This document shows, one piece after another, positions 35,132 through 48,094 of a stretch of 64,000 bases of DNA. How positions within the stretch are numbered: the stretch's first letter is position 1; each line of letters starts with the position of its first letter. The stretch covers positions 22,136,001-22,200,000 of the forward strand of contig CM059432.1 in assembly GCA_030390025.1 (NCBI GenBank). Direction: 5' to 3'. Under the pieces are notes generated by a model. That model saw only the letters and a program-made list of their open reading frames with translations. It was not told the origin of the DNA and did not search any database. The DNA is from Squalus acanthias. Lineage: Eukaryota. The translations under genes and the position numbers were made by a program.

Positions 35132-36274
35132 ACAGGAGAAAGCAAAGTGAATATATACATTTTTTGATACCAATGTTGCTGGCTGCAGGCTAACAAAAAA
35201 ATTGATATGGGCTAAAGGTTAAAGATCAATATAGATTCTTAAATTTTTAGTAAATTGTAAATGCAATCATAAAGAACACATTTATGACTTTGTTAGCGAA
35301 GAGATAGCTCTCTCACCTTTGAGTTGAAAGGTTCTGGGTTCAGGGCCTACTCCAAAAGTTGAGCACATAATCTAGGGTAACATTGCATTGCCTACGGTAC
35401 TGTGAGGTGCAAAACTGAGCCTGTCTGCCTGTTCAGGCGGACATTAAAGATTTATACGATACTATTTGAAGAGCAGGGAGCTGTGCTGGCTAGCCCACAC
35501 CAGCAAAACCAAGTTAATTGGTCATTCATCTCATTGCTATTTATGAGACCTTACTGTGTGTAAAATGGTTGCTGCATTTATCAATGCAACTATGCAATAT
35601 ATAATTTGTTGTATAAAAAGTGTGCAGCCCATAAATGTCTATCATGTAACTGGACACGAAAAGTATATTTTCTAAAGAAGTTCCATTTTTTTCCCCACAT
35701 ATTTCTCGTTTCTTATAAAGTAGAGGCATTTATTATTAAGATAAGGATCCCAAAATTCCATGGGAAACTGGTGGAATCCCCACCCCAAGTAAACAGGGGA
35801 GGCCTGGTTACATCAGGTCTCCGCCGTTTCTGCCAGTTTCAGCATTGTCTTGTAAAGAGTGGAACTTCCATCCGTCCCTTAAAAGGCAAATGACGGGCTG
35901 GGGCAGGGGGACTCCTGAAACTGGAAGTCCCTACAACTGAGCCTTAGTCTGGACCTGTCATTTCAGTGGCTGCCAGTACATCGATAGAGATCTGACCACT
36001 AGCTCCACTGAGCCCCTCTGTACTGGCCACTGCTGGAAACACTTACCCTTTGTTTAATTGCATCACTTCTATAATAACAGGTCGGATTTTGCTGTAAAAT
36101 TAATGGTGAGGCTAACAGCGTTCTCTGTTATTAATGTGTAAATCGGACAGCAACTTCTGGCGACCGCACATGCACAGTTAAATGCGGAAATCCAGAAGTT
36201 ACTGTTCGAGATGCCCTGCTCCCCCAGAAGCTGCCCGACAATGGTATCTCGCTGTCTGATTCATCATTGAAAAT

Positions 36275-36585
36275 GGGCAACACGGTGGCATAGTGGTTAG
36301 CACTGTTGCCTCATCAGCGCCAGGGACCTGGGTTCAAATGCAGCCCGGGTGACTGTCTGTGTGGAGTTTGCACATTCTCCCCGTGTCTGCGTGGGTTTCC
36401 TCCGTGTGCTCTGGTTTCCTCCCACAGTCCAAAGATGTGTGGGTTAGGTTGATTTGGCTATGATAAATTGACCCTTAGTGTTAGGGGGATTAAATACATG
36501 CAGATAGGGTGGGATATGTGTCGGTGCAGGCTCAATGGGCTGAAATGGCCTCTATCTGCACTGTGGGGATTCTGTGATTCTGTGA
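36275..36585 (+). mobile_element. Full-length HE1-type V-SINE inside an older MITE related to 23880-24398
   Basis: tRNA head with A and B boxes, V-domain and CR1-like tail. Confidence 0.88.
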
Positions 36586-36929
36586 AAACATGGAATGGCA
36601 TGAAGTTGCTGTACTTGCCTCACAGATAAGGACTAAACTTGTCACAAAATGTTAGGGCATGCCCATTCCAGTCTAACTACCCTTTTGAACAGTGTGATAA
36701 GTCTTAATTACTGGCAAACAACCTCTCTGGCACTGAAAATTAACTTTTACAAACATGGAGTCTCATTTTTTCATCTTTTGATTATTGTTGGAGATTTTTT
36801 TTTAATTTAAATAAAATTTATTTTTTTAACATTTTCTTTCTGTCTCTTTTACCTCTCTTTCTTTATCTAATTTTTCTTTCCCCTTCTTTATTTTGCTTTG
36901 TACCTGATTTGACATTGAATTCATATTCC

Positions 36930-37247
36930 AACTTACTCCTTGCCTCAGCACATCTGCTGCTGAAACCCTCATCCATGCCTTTGTTACCTCTAGACTTGAC
37001 TATTCCAACGCACTCCTGGCTGGCCTCCCACATTCCACCATATGTAAACTTGAGGTCATCCAAAACTCGGCTGCCCGTGTCCTAACTCGCACCAATTCCC
37101 GTTCACCCATCACACCTGTGCTCGCTGACCTCCATTGGCTCCCGGTTAAGCAACGCCTCGATTTTAAAATTCTCATCCTTGTTTTCAAATCCCTCCCATG
37201 GCCTCGCCCCTCCCTATCTCCGTAATCTCCTCCAGCCCCACAACATC
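36930..37247 (+). mobile_element. L2 LINE fragment
   Basis: High similarity to 18650-18960. Confidence 0.8.
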
Positions 37248-38322
37248 CAGCCCAGCATCACCGTCATTGTTAGACTAGCTCAGTGCCAAAGCAGGAAACT
37301 ATTCTCAGTGCCTCATTAATGCGCTTATTCACAAACGGGGTGTTCTTTCTGCTTGCAGTAATTGTCACCTTGTGCTGCGAGTAGATTGCTTTCAGTTGTG
37401 ATGCACTACAAAATTACCTGGTGCAATATCCTTCCTTCTCTATAGAGCCGTTCCATAGGAACATAAGGAGCAGCAGGTGACAGCTTTAAGGAAATGGCCT
37501 GGGGAAGAGACATTAGCAACGTTGTAATCACCATTCTGAGATAGTGCAGCAGCAGCTTGACACGGCTGCAGATGTTGTTTAATAGGCATTTTGTCAAATT
37601 ACCTAGTCTGCCTTTACTAATACATCTGCTGCACTTTGCACAAAATCAGTTTAGGTGAGCATCTTGATGTACGATAAAACGATTCAACTCACAAAAAATA
37701 TGAGGAGGATGATATAATGGTTTGAATTATGCTGACAGTGAGTTCAGAAAAGGTAATGTTCAAGGACATTTGGGAGGAAGCAAGAGGATATTCAGGAGAG
37801 ACAGCTAATAACTTTAGAAAGGCATAAACACTGTTACAGTACAGAAAGTAGCTCATGGTGTATAATTTAATTGTCCCTTTCAGAGCATTGCTACTTGCCT
37901 TAAGATAATCACTAGAATTGGAAGTGGCTTTTGATGTATGAAAGTATAGTTAAGAGGGTAGATTTTATGAATTTGCGCTCTGAGGCAAAGCTAATTAGTA
38001 GGATTTCTTTTTGTTACCAATACCAGATATTTGAAATTAAAGCAGAAAGTGGGCTAAATGTGCAGCAGGTCAGTCAGTAAACATCAGAAAGAGAGAAATG
38101 CATTCAGGATCTCATTGAATTGTTGATCAGAACCAGAGTGTAGGATTGAACCATGAAGTAATACATTTCTCTCTCTTTCTGATGCTGACTGAGCTGCAGT
38201 ACATTGCCACCATTTTCTGTTTTACTTTAACCATAGGAGGCAAACAGCCTCTTTTGCTGAAGGACTTGGAAAGACAACAAGAACTTGCATTTTTATGGCA
38301 CCTTTAACATAGAGAAACAGCA

Positions 38323-38540
38323 GAGTGAGCCTTTGGCGCAGCGGTAGCATTCCTGCCGGCGGGCGAGAAGGTGCAGCGTTCAAACCCCACTCCCGACAGT
38401 CCCGGCGAGTAGAATTGGAATTGGAAGTGGAATTGGAAGTGGAATTGGAATTCTTTGAATTCTACGTTGATATCCAGTGGGAAACTCGCGTCTGGTGGGT
38501 TGTGGGAGCCCATAAATAAAACCCTCACGGCCGCATAAGA
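38323..38540 (+). other. tRNA-headed, CpG-rich SINE-like unit with a GAATTG/GAAGTG hexamer run
   Basis: A box TGGCGCAGCGG, B box GTTCAAACC and GAGTG..CACTC acceptor-like stem. Confidence 0.5.
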
Positions 38541-38979
38541 CTTACCACCCTATCAGCTAGTATAAAGATAGTTATGACCATGGAAAGAGCATTAATGTGT
38601 CTAGTCAGACTATTAATTAGCCTGTGAATCCTTCCACTATTCCCCCAAAGGGAACAGCAAGACAACCATAAGAAGAAGATAGTAAAACAGCAGCAGAGTT
38701 GGAGCCAGAATAGTTTGGATTTTCTTCTCTGTTTTTCAAACAATCGGACAATCCAGATGGACTGCACTGGTCCTATACATTTCAATGCTCCTCTTTCCCA
38801 AATTCCACCCAGCCCACCTGAAGAATACAATTCATTCACTGCGCCTTTTATAAATTGATGTCATAGAAAGTTTGGGGGATGATTCTGCTTGAATATGCAA
38901 AAGTGGGCATAAAGGGCAGAATACATCTGTGCTCCAGACAAACGACAGTTATTTTTATGAGGTTTCTCCTGATAAGGCT

Positions 38980-39463
38980 GTCAAGGCCTTGGAGAGGTTG
39001 CAGTGGAGGTTTATTCGAATAATACCAGAGACAAAGAACTTCTGTTATGTGGAGAGACTAGATAAACTGAGATTGTTCTCTTTAGAGCAGAGACGGTGAA
39101 GGAGAGATTTAATGGAGGTGCTCAAAGTTAGGAAGGGGTAGAGTAAATAAGGAGAAATTGTTTCCACTGGCAGGATGACCGATAACCGGAGGACACAGAT
39201 TTAAGATAATCAGCAAAAGAACCAGAGGAGGAAATGAGGAGAATTGTTTTTATGCAGTGAGTTGTTATGATCTGGAATGCACACCTGAAAGGGTGGTGGA
39301 AACGGATTCAATAATAACTTTCAAAAGGGAATTGGATAAATACTTGGAAAGGAATTAACTGTAGAACTATAGGGAAAGAACAAGGGAGTGGGACTAATTG
39401 GCTAGCTCCTTCAAAGAGTCACAATGGGCCGAATGGCCTCCTTCTGCGCTGTAAGGTTCTATG
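38980..39463 (+). mobile_element. Old CR1 3' fragment
   Basis: Degraded LERLQ..TGGHRFKI peptide and GGGCCGAATGGCCT hairpin tail. Confidence 0.75.
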
Positions 39464-41124
39464 ATACTTCAGCAGAAGGACTGTAGAAACCCGAGAGAAA
39501 CAGTGTAAATGGGTTTCAGCGATTCTTCCGCCAAAGTCACAGCAGGCAATCGGGAGAATCCCAGAGGAAATTCAACCTCAAAGTCTTTACTCACAGCATT
39601 TCTCACAGCAGGTCAAGAAGAAAGGGTTAAACTAGGATTGGCGCAACGAGTCTTGACTTCAACACAGTGAGAATGCAGGAAGCAGGAGCCACATTTGGAA
39701 CTCGACACGAACAAGAGAGGGAATTTCACAACAGCAATGATCATAAAAGGATCAGTAAAACAGAGAACCTGCAAAGTGCAAAATGTGCCAATTGCAAACC
39801 AGAGTTTGTTTAGCTCTTCGCTCAAGATAAGCACTCACTGCTGGAAGGAAAAAAGCTATGCAACAAGAGAGGCCTGATCAGATAGCTGTCAGCTGCTAAT
39901 TTTCTGTTGCTCCAAGTAGGAGGAAGGAATTGCTTAAACTTCTGAGGCTATCAGAGGCTGGTAGCGGCTCATGAAAACATTGCATGTCTCATTGAATAAA
40001 TGTGTAAGTAGCAGCAAGGTGGTCGAATTATTTCACTAACATGCTATGGTAAAACAGTGGGAGTATTCTATAACCAAGCTAGTAACACATTCAGAGCAAG
40101 CCGGTTACCCTGTTATAATCAGTCAATAGTTGATTGTTGAGTTTGGGTGCTCTGAATGACAATATTTCTTTATTTAAAATGCAAAGGTCAGCATAATCAT
40201 TGGGTTAGTGGATGCTATGAAATTACTCAGCTCAAGGCAAAGGTTTCTTTGAGGCATGGATTAATTCTCCGGATTTCCTGGTGGAAAACTGTTATCTTCT
40301 AGACCCAGATTTGCAATGGGTTTAAGAGATGGAAGTACTTTACAGTGATGGCTCACTGGCAGGTTCTTGTGTGATATTATTCTTATTATTTCACCTAACC
40401 AAATGTGAGTAACAAAGTTCCGAACTATCCGTCTATCCTACTCCATGAATTGCCTGCATTCTCAATGTATTCAAGAGGTTTTTCTTGGGTAAGTATTTGC
40501 GTTAAGTTCATTACCAGCGTGGGTAATTGTTTCCAGGGAAGCAGAATGGCACCTAATACATCTTACCAGATGGAATTGAACCACGTGACCTTTGTTGAGT
40601 TAGCTGTGTTTCCGCTAGCAGTAAAACATAGAGCCATGCAAACCTTGTACCATTGCCAAGCTATTCTTCAGAGAGAGAGAAGAAAAAACATTTGCAGAGT
40701 GAAAAGTGATAGTTGGTTAATCAAACAGCGTAATATTTAAGCTACGGGCAGTACAGAATTTTTATATACCTGGAACAAACTAATTAGACTGGGGGGCAGT
40801 AAATACACAGCAGTAGTGGTAGGTTGTTTCAATTGTTTGGATTTAAATTTGCACCATCACTGTGGGAATATCTCCTGTGCTCTGCACCCGACCGCAGTTC
40901 AAACTGATTTGCTTTTGCTGTGGAACTTTTGTGTAAAGTTAAGCTTCGGAGAGATAGTTCACCTCCCCATTTTGCTATAGATCTGGTGACTGATGTGGCA
41001 GGATTTATGGGGGGAAGCCTGTGATGAGTAACCCAATGGGAAGGCTCAGCTGGCAGATAGGCCCAATTTGTTACGCGGAAACCATACGCACCTGCTGGTA
41101 TCGATCCTTGGATAGAAATCCCTC

Positions 41125-42715
41125 ATAAGAACATAAGAATTAGGAGCAGGAGTAGGCCATATGGCCCCTCGAGCCTGCTCCGCCATTCAATAAGATCATG
41201 GCTGATCTTCGACCTCAACTCCACTTTCCTGCCTTATCCCCATATCCCTTAATTCCTCTGAAGTCCAAAAATCTATCTATCTCAGCCTTGAATATAATGC
41301 GATTGAGCATCCACAGCACTTTGGGGCAGATAATTCCAAAGAGTCACAACCCTCTGAATGAAGAAATTTCTCCTCATCTCAGTCTTAAAAGGCCGTCCCC
41401 TATCCTGAGATTATGCCCCCTAGTTCTAGACTCTCCAGCCAGGGGAAACAATCTCTCAGCATCCCCCTCAGAATCCTATAGGTTTCAATGAGATAACCTC
41501 TCATTCTTCTAAACTCCAGAGAGTATCTACTCAATCTATCCTCAGAGGCTAACCTGACATGAATCTTGTCATTCATGTGGAAATTACTTATGAAATAATA
41601 CTGGGTGGCCTGCTGGTGGCGCTGTCCAGGGAGAGTATAAATACTCGGGCATGGGCCCAGCTTGCTCAGGACATTCTTTAACAGGAACTAGTGAAGGACA
41701 CAACCAGACCTCCATGTTGAAAAACAGTTGATTAAAGCTTTGTTTAATGCTTAGACCAAGTGCCTAGTAGTTTTCTTACGTCACAACCCTCTCATCCCAG
41801 GGAATAATCTAGTGAACCTTCATTGCACCACCTCTAAGGCAAGTATGTCCTTCCTTAAATAAGGAGACCTGGGGAGGCGATTGGAGGCCTCATAGGAGTG
41901 TCTCCAATCAGGGGAGGGTGGGTATGGTAGGGACCCTGGATCCAGCAGGTCGGTATAAAGCCACTTACCTCCTGGATGCAGCTGTCCTCGCCTCTGTTTA
42001 ACTGCCGGGTTTCACGAATTGTGTGAAACCCGTCCACAGGCAGTTAAAAACAAAATGGAGGGGAAAATAGAGGCTTCCAGCCTCATTACAATATTTAAAT
42101 TGAGGTAGCGCCCCTGGGAGCGGGTTGGCTGCCCGCCCCCATCCCGCCTCCAGGAAAACCGGAAGTGGGCGGGTTGGAGGCATTATCAAGTCGGGATTCA
42201 CATTTTTAACAATTTAACTGCCCCCACACCCCAAACCCACCCATTTTTTGATGGGAAAATTCTGACCTCTGTGTTTCCTGTATGAGGACACCCAGATCTC
42301 TCTGAACACCAACATTTAATAGTTTTTCAGCATTTAAAAAATATTCTGTTTTTCTATTCTACCTACCAAAGTGAATAACCTCACATTTCTCCACATTATA
42401 CTCCATCTGCTACCTTATCGCCCACTCACTTTATATCCCTTTGCAGGCTCTTTGTGTCCTCATATCTTACTTTTCTACATAGCTTTGTATTGTCAGCAAA
42501 CTTGGGTACATTGCACTCGGTCCCTTCATCTAAGTCATTAATATAGATTGTGAATAGCTGAGGCCCAAGCACTGATCCTTGCGGCACCCCACAATTTACA
42601 GCCTGCCAACCGGAAAATGACCCATTTATCCCTACTCTCCGTTTTCTGTCTGTTAACCAATCCTCTATCCGTACTAATACCTTACCCCCAACCCCATGTG
42701 CCCTTATCTTGCCCA
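41125..42715 (-). mobile_element. Fragmented CR1 3' part interrupted by a MITE
   Basis: [10 protein letters not shown] and FADN peptide at 42426-42715, and a reversed CR1 tail at 41125. Confidence 0.8.
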
Positions 42716-43049
42716 TCATTAGAAATGACAAGTTTTCCACTCCCTCCCCCCTCCCCCCCACGCAGTACTCACTAATCTCTATAAATATCGGAAAGCATAA
42801 GGAGACCACAATGTTTAAGTCTCCAAGTGACTAGCTGAATCAGATATCACCATATAAGGATGAAAAAGACTGAAGGGCTAATGGGTTTGGTGGCTAGATT
42901 TTTGGATACTAAGGGAATCAAGGGACATGGAGATCGGGCAGGAAAGTGGAGTTGAGGTCGAAGATCAGCCATGATCTTATTGAATGGTGGAGCAGGCTCG
43001 AGGGGGCCATATGGCCTACTCCAGCTCCTAACTCTTATATTCTTATGTT

Positions 43050-43240
43050 CTGCAGGGCATCCGGCTTCATCAAATACGACATGTTCCCTTCAGAGCAAAG
43101 CGGCAGGACCCTCAACTTCTACGGGCGTGCTGGCTTCCCCAGGGTGCAGGGGGCTGTCGATTGTATCCATGTGGCGCTGAATGCTCCACTCGTGGAACCA
43201 GTCACGTTCATCAACAGGGAATGGTTCCACTCGTTAATGC
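43050..43240 (+). pseudogene. Isolated Harbinger transposase fragment abutting a CR1 tail (42895-43050)
   Basis: AGFPRVQGAVDCIHVAL.AP..F.NR..FHSL. Confidence 0.75.
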
Positions 43241-46200
43241 GCAAATTGTCTGCGTGTGATCTGAGTCTTTACAGTCGCGTGTGATCGGTTTTCGGGGCCC
43301 GCCATTGGCCTCACCGCGCCTGAGGTCCCTGAATTGCCACTGCGCTCGTTGCAGCGTATTCAAATGGCTTTTGCAGGAAACTTCGGAGCGACTTCGCAAC
43401 GGGGAGATTGGCACGCAGAATGTCGTAAGTTACGGCGTACGTCGCCGATCCAGGAGGTTTTGGACCAAAGAAAAAAATGTGCAAACAGCTCACGAAACCT
43501 AGGTCATAAGACTTATGAAGCAGATTAATTAGCACTGCTCAGAGCTGTGTATTTTGTAGATTTATGTACGTTGTGTCATCTTAATTAAAATATTGCTGCT
43601 GGTGCTGATCTTCCCAGTTTCATGAATCACTAATAAGTCATTAATTAATCCAATAACCAAAACCAGCAGGTTTCAGCACATTTGTCACTGGGGCTGCCTT
43701 GATTTAAATCTGTAAGATTGGGTAGCTGCGTATAGTTATAGAATGAATCTGACACACGTACAAATTCATGGAGGTAAAAGGGAAAGTGGCAATAATGCCT
43801 CTTTGTTATTAACTAACAGGTTCCCGCCTCAAGCCTATGTTCAATCATATTCTTGTGAATTTTACTCAAGACTGTCTCAGACTTACACCTCATCATATTT
43901 CACTGACAATGATCTGCAAAGGACTAGAATGCACTTCCTGAAAGGGTGGTGGAAGCAGGTTCAATGGTAACTTTCAAAAGGGAATTGATACTTGAAAATG
44001 AAAGCGACACAGGGAAAATGCAGGGGATTAATTGGATAGCTCTTTCAAAGAGCCAGCACAGACATGATGGGCCGAATAAGCTCTTTCTATGCTGTAAGAT
44101 TCTATGGCCCCGATATTAACAGGGAGGCAGGGAGGGTGTGGGGCAGCACGGGGAAAACCTGGCAAGGTCGGGAATGCTGAGTTTCAGCCACATTTAATGG
44201 AAAGACCTCATTATAATTTTTTCTTCTGGTTTCCGCTCGGCAGCCGGCCAAATTGACAGGGGAAGGGGGAAAACCAACATTAGATGGCCGTAGCCGGGGA
44301 TCCTCGGGGACAATTCCTGGCAATTGGGAGCAGGGAGGGAGCGAGAGATCGGGGCTGAGGGGTGGGGAAGAGTGCGGTGATCGTGGCAGGGAGGAGAGAG
44401 GCCACGATCGGCAGAGGGGAAGCCGAGGCTCCTCCTGCCCCACCAGGCGTGCTGTAAAAGGCACTTACTGTCTTGCACCAGCAGCTCCCACCTCCCTAAT
44501 ACTGCCAGGTTTCCCGAGCCCTAGGAAACCTGCTCGGCAACTGTTAAATTAAAATCAGGCTCCAAATTGCACTGTGGGAGCCTGATTAAAATAGGTTAAT
44601 GAGGTGTCCTGCCTCTCGATGGCAGGACATACGCACAACACCGAAACCACTGGCGTAAAAAAACGCCAATGCAGCGGGTTGATGACGCATTTCCCGTTTT
44701 TAACTTTTTAACCCTCTCCTGCCTGTCGTGTTAGGGCTAATATTGAGGTCTTTGATTCTATGAATGAGTTATATTATGCAGGTAAATAGCAGCCATTTGC
44801 ATAACAGTGAGATCCCACAAATGCTAATCAGATGAATGATGAGTTCATCTATTTTTGGTGATGTGGATTGAGGGAGGAATGTGGGCCTGGGCAATAGGAT
44901 AACTCCCTGCTCTTTTTCAAATAGGATCTGCAAGATTTTTCATCTCACTACGACATTGGAGAGGGGCTTTAACTCACAACCTTCTGACTCAGAGGGAAGA
45001 GTACTAACAGCTGGTGTGGGTGAAGAAACTCAATAAATGTCAGAAGTTGAAGCAAATCTCCTTTTGGTTTCTGTCTGCCTGTTTCCTGTAATTGCAGTGC
45101 GGAGGAACTGAGTGACAAAGACCTCCGCTCTGATATTAACTCTGGATGGGCTTGTTGGCGGCAGGATGGCGAGGTGACTTGGAAACTCATCCACAGCTGC
45201 AGAAATTAGGCCCGGGCTATTTTAACTCCTGGTTCTCCCTAACATGCCGCGTGTCCGCTTCAAGTTGGCGGGAAGTGGCGGATAAGCGTGTGACCTGGAG
45301 GCCGCCCGTTCCAGGGGTGTATTGCGTATGGGAAGTGAGGGCAGTCCAGGCAGGGGAGGCCTCAGCTTTCCGTCTAGGGCCCAGAGGACCACTCTTGCTC
45401 CTCCTGACTCCATAAAAGAAAGAAAAACAGTTACCAATTTCAGCCCCAGGTGAATCCAATAGGTACCTCTTTCATTTACGTGGCTGCACGTTTGAAGACC
45501 ATGGAAGGAGAATGCCATAGTCAAGATAGTAAACCAAAGACGTAAACCATGTATGGCATATGGAGATTTAAACAAAAATAACTCTTCATCATAAGACTGT
45601 GAAAAGTGTAGCTCATTAAAATCTAGTGTGAATGCAGATATTATTAGCTCTCATTGTACATTTGCTGATATATTATTTAAACCTACTATGCTAAATTACA
45701 TTTAAATAATATTCAAAAATAGTGAATTGTCCACTCCTCTTGAATAATATACTTATTAGATTCTGCGAACTGGCCGATGTTGTCTCTTTTGCAGCACATA
45801 AAAGACAAGAGACATTTATTCCTTTCAGCTGCTGACAGTTTTATTTTGTAAGTCCAGTCTCGCTATTATGTGTGGTAAATTGGCACTGCCTTCAAACAGA
45901 ACAAAGCACAGCTCGAGATTGCTAGGTTCATTCCAGCACAAAATTCAACTCAACTCCACAGGCCACTTACAGAATATGTTAAGCAGTCAGATTACTGAGA
46001 TGGAGCCTAATCGGTTAGACAGGGACAGAGGCAATAGAGGTAAACAAGCCCGACTGGGGAACCTGGCCATTTTCATGAATTAAAAAGTGAGGTTTGTAAA
46101 GTCATTATCGAGTACACAATCATCAATTCCAAAATGATGATGGAGGTTTTGCCTGTCGCGATAGACAAAACAAATGCCCCATTGAGAGGAGGGCTGGCTG

Positions 46201-47143
46201 CCCCATTGAGAGGAGGGTTACACGCACAAAGCTGACTGAGTTACATGTCTAAATCTAATTTTAGGTAACGTCAGCTGCAACACAGTGAATTTGACATCAT
46301 TTCAGCTCTTCAGGTGGGGATGCAGAGGGGTTAGGACAACAATGCTTGCAGCAGCTCCTCACAGTGGGACCCAGAAGAGGTTCTGAAAAACACAGCTGCT
46401 GCTAAATGACCATGCAGCTCTGCAGACGTGGTACATCGCAAAGCAGCGAAGAATATACAATAAGGGCAATTATCCAAGTTCCTACTGATGATGGGGACGC
46501 ATGGCGCACTGTCAGCGAATAGCCCATCCACTGATTTCAAGGGACAGAAAATCTCGGCCAACGGCACCTGAAACGTTTTGATATGTGCTGGAAACTGACA
46601 AGAATCCCCACCACTGGTGCATACCTAGAAAACTAGAGAGAAAATTACCTGTTACATACAGGATTTGAAAATGAACTTAAATTGAATCTGAGGAGTCAAT
46701 CAATGGGAATTCCTTCTGCTGCTAGGCTTCTTGTTTTTTTTCCAACCAGTGATTTTTACCTCTGGTATGGTTTATTTATTGTGGTATTGCACTTCAGCCA
46801 TTGTAATAGACTTCCAATAGGTGCGGACCGAGGAGGAGCAGCGGCGGCAGAGGATAAAAGCGAGCCCTGGGAGCAGGTAGGCCCACCAATCTCAGAGCGG
46901 GAGACAGAAGTAAAAAGTAATCAAAGTGTGACGTCACCAGAAAGCAGGTAAGTGATTGGTTGGTGAGTATTTCTCTCTTTCTCCTTTTTCCATACTTAAA
47001 TTCTGTGGTTTATAGTTTCTAGAGTCTCTGTGGTGTAGCGGGGACTGCTGTTAAACAAGGGCCCTTGAGTATATCATTTAATTGAAGTAAAATTGGTGGG
47101 ATTCATTTAATTTAATTTTAATTAATTAATTAAAGGGTAAGTC

Positions 47144-48094
47144 ATGGCAGGAGAGCTCCACCCTGTGATATGCTCCTCCTGCTATATGTGGGAAATCAGG
47201 GATGCTTCCTGTGTCCCTGACGACCATGTGTGTGGGAAGTGTATCCAGCTGCAGCTACTGATGGACCGCATTGCGGCGCTGGAGCTGCGGATGGATGCCT
47301 ATTGGAGCATTCGCGATGCTGAGGACGTCGTGGATAGCACATTTAGAGAGTTGGTCACACCGCAGGTAAAGGGTGTACAGGCAGGAAGTGAATGGGTGAC
47401 CACCAGGCAGAGTAAGAGGTGCAGGCAGGTAGTGCAGGGGTCCCCTGTTGCCATCCCCCTCTCAAACAGATATACCACTTTGGATGCTGTTGGGGGGGAT
47501 GACTTATCAGGGGAAGGCAGCAGCAGCCAACTTCCTGGCACCATGGGTGGCTCTGCTGTACAGGCAGGGAGGAAAAAGTGTGGAAGAGCTATAGTGATAG
47601 GGGATTCAATTGTAAGGGGAATAGATAGGTGTTTCTGCGGCCACCAACGAGACTCCAGGATGGTGTGTTGCCTCCCTGGTGCAAGGGTCAAGGACGTCTC
47701 AGAGCGGCTACAGAACATTCTGGAGGGGGAGGGCAAACAGCCAGTTGTCGTGGTGCACATAGGCATCAACGATATAGGTAAAAAATGGGATGAGGTCCTA
47801 AAAGCAGAATATAGGGAGTTAGGAGGTAAATGAAAAAATAGGACCTCAAAGGTAGTAATCTCAGGATTGCTACCAGTGCCACGTGCTAGTCAGAGTAGAA
47901 ATAGAAGGATATTTCAAATGAATAGGTTGCTAGAGGAATGGTGCAAGGGGGAGGGATTCAAATTCCTTGGACATTGGAACCGGTTCTGGGGGAGGTGGGA
48001 CCAGTACAAACGGGACGGTCTGCACCTGGGCAGGGCCGGGACCGATGTCCTAGGGGGAGTGTTTGCTAGTGCTGTTGGGGAGGGTTTAAACTAA
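47144..48094 (+). pseudogene. CR1 ORF1 (zinc finger plus esterase) with a premature TGA at 47831
   Basis: Colinear with 5241-6188; IGDSIVR and DGLHL motifs. Confidence 0.9.

Noticed and set aside
38325..38519. 64-aa ORF with ELELEVELEV
   Set aside because: It has a GTG start and is a by-product of the hexamer run.
39612..39880. Possible host coding exon
   Set aside because: It is purine-rich and partly open but has no recognisable protein similarity or convincing splice-site pair.
46175..46218. 19-bp direct repeat TGCCCCATTGAGAGGAGGG
   Set aside because: A simple local duplication with no further structure.
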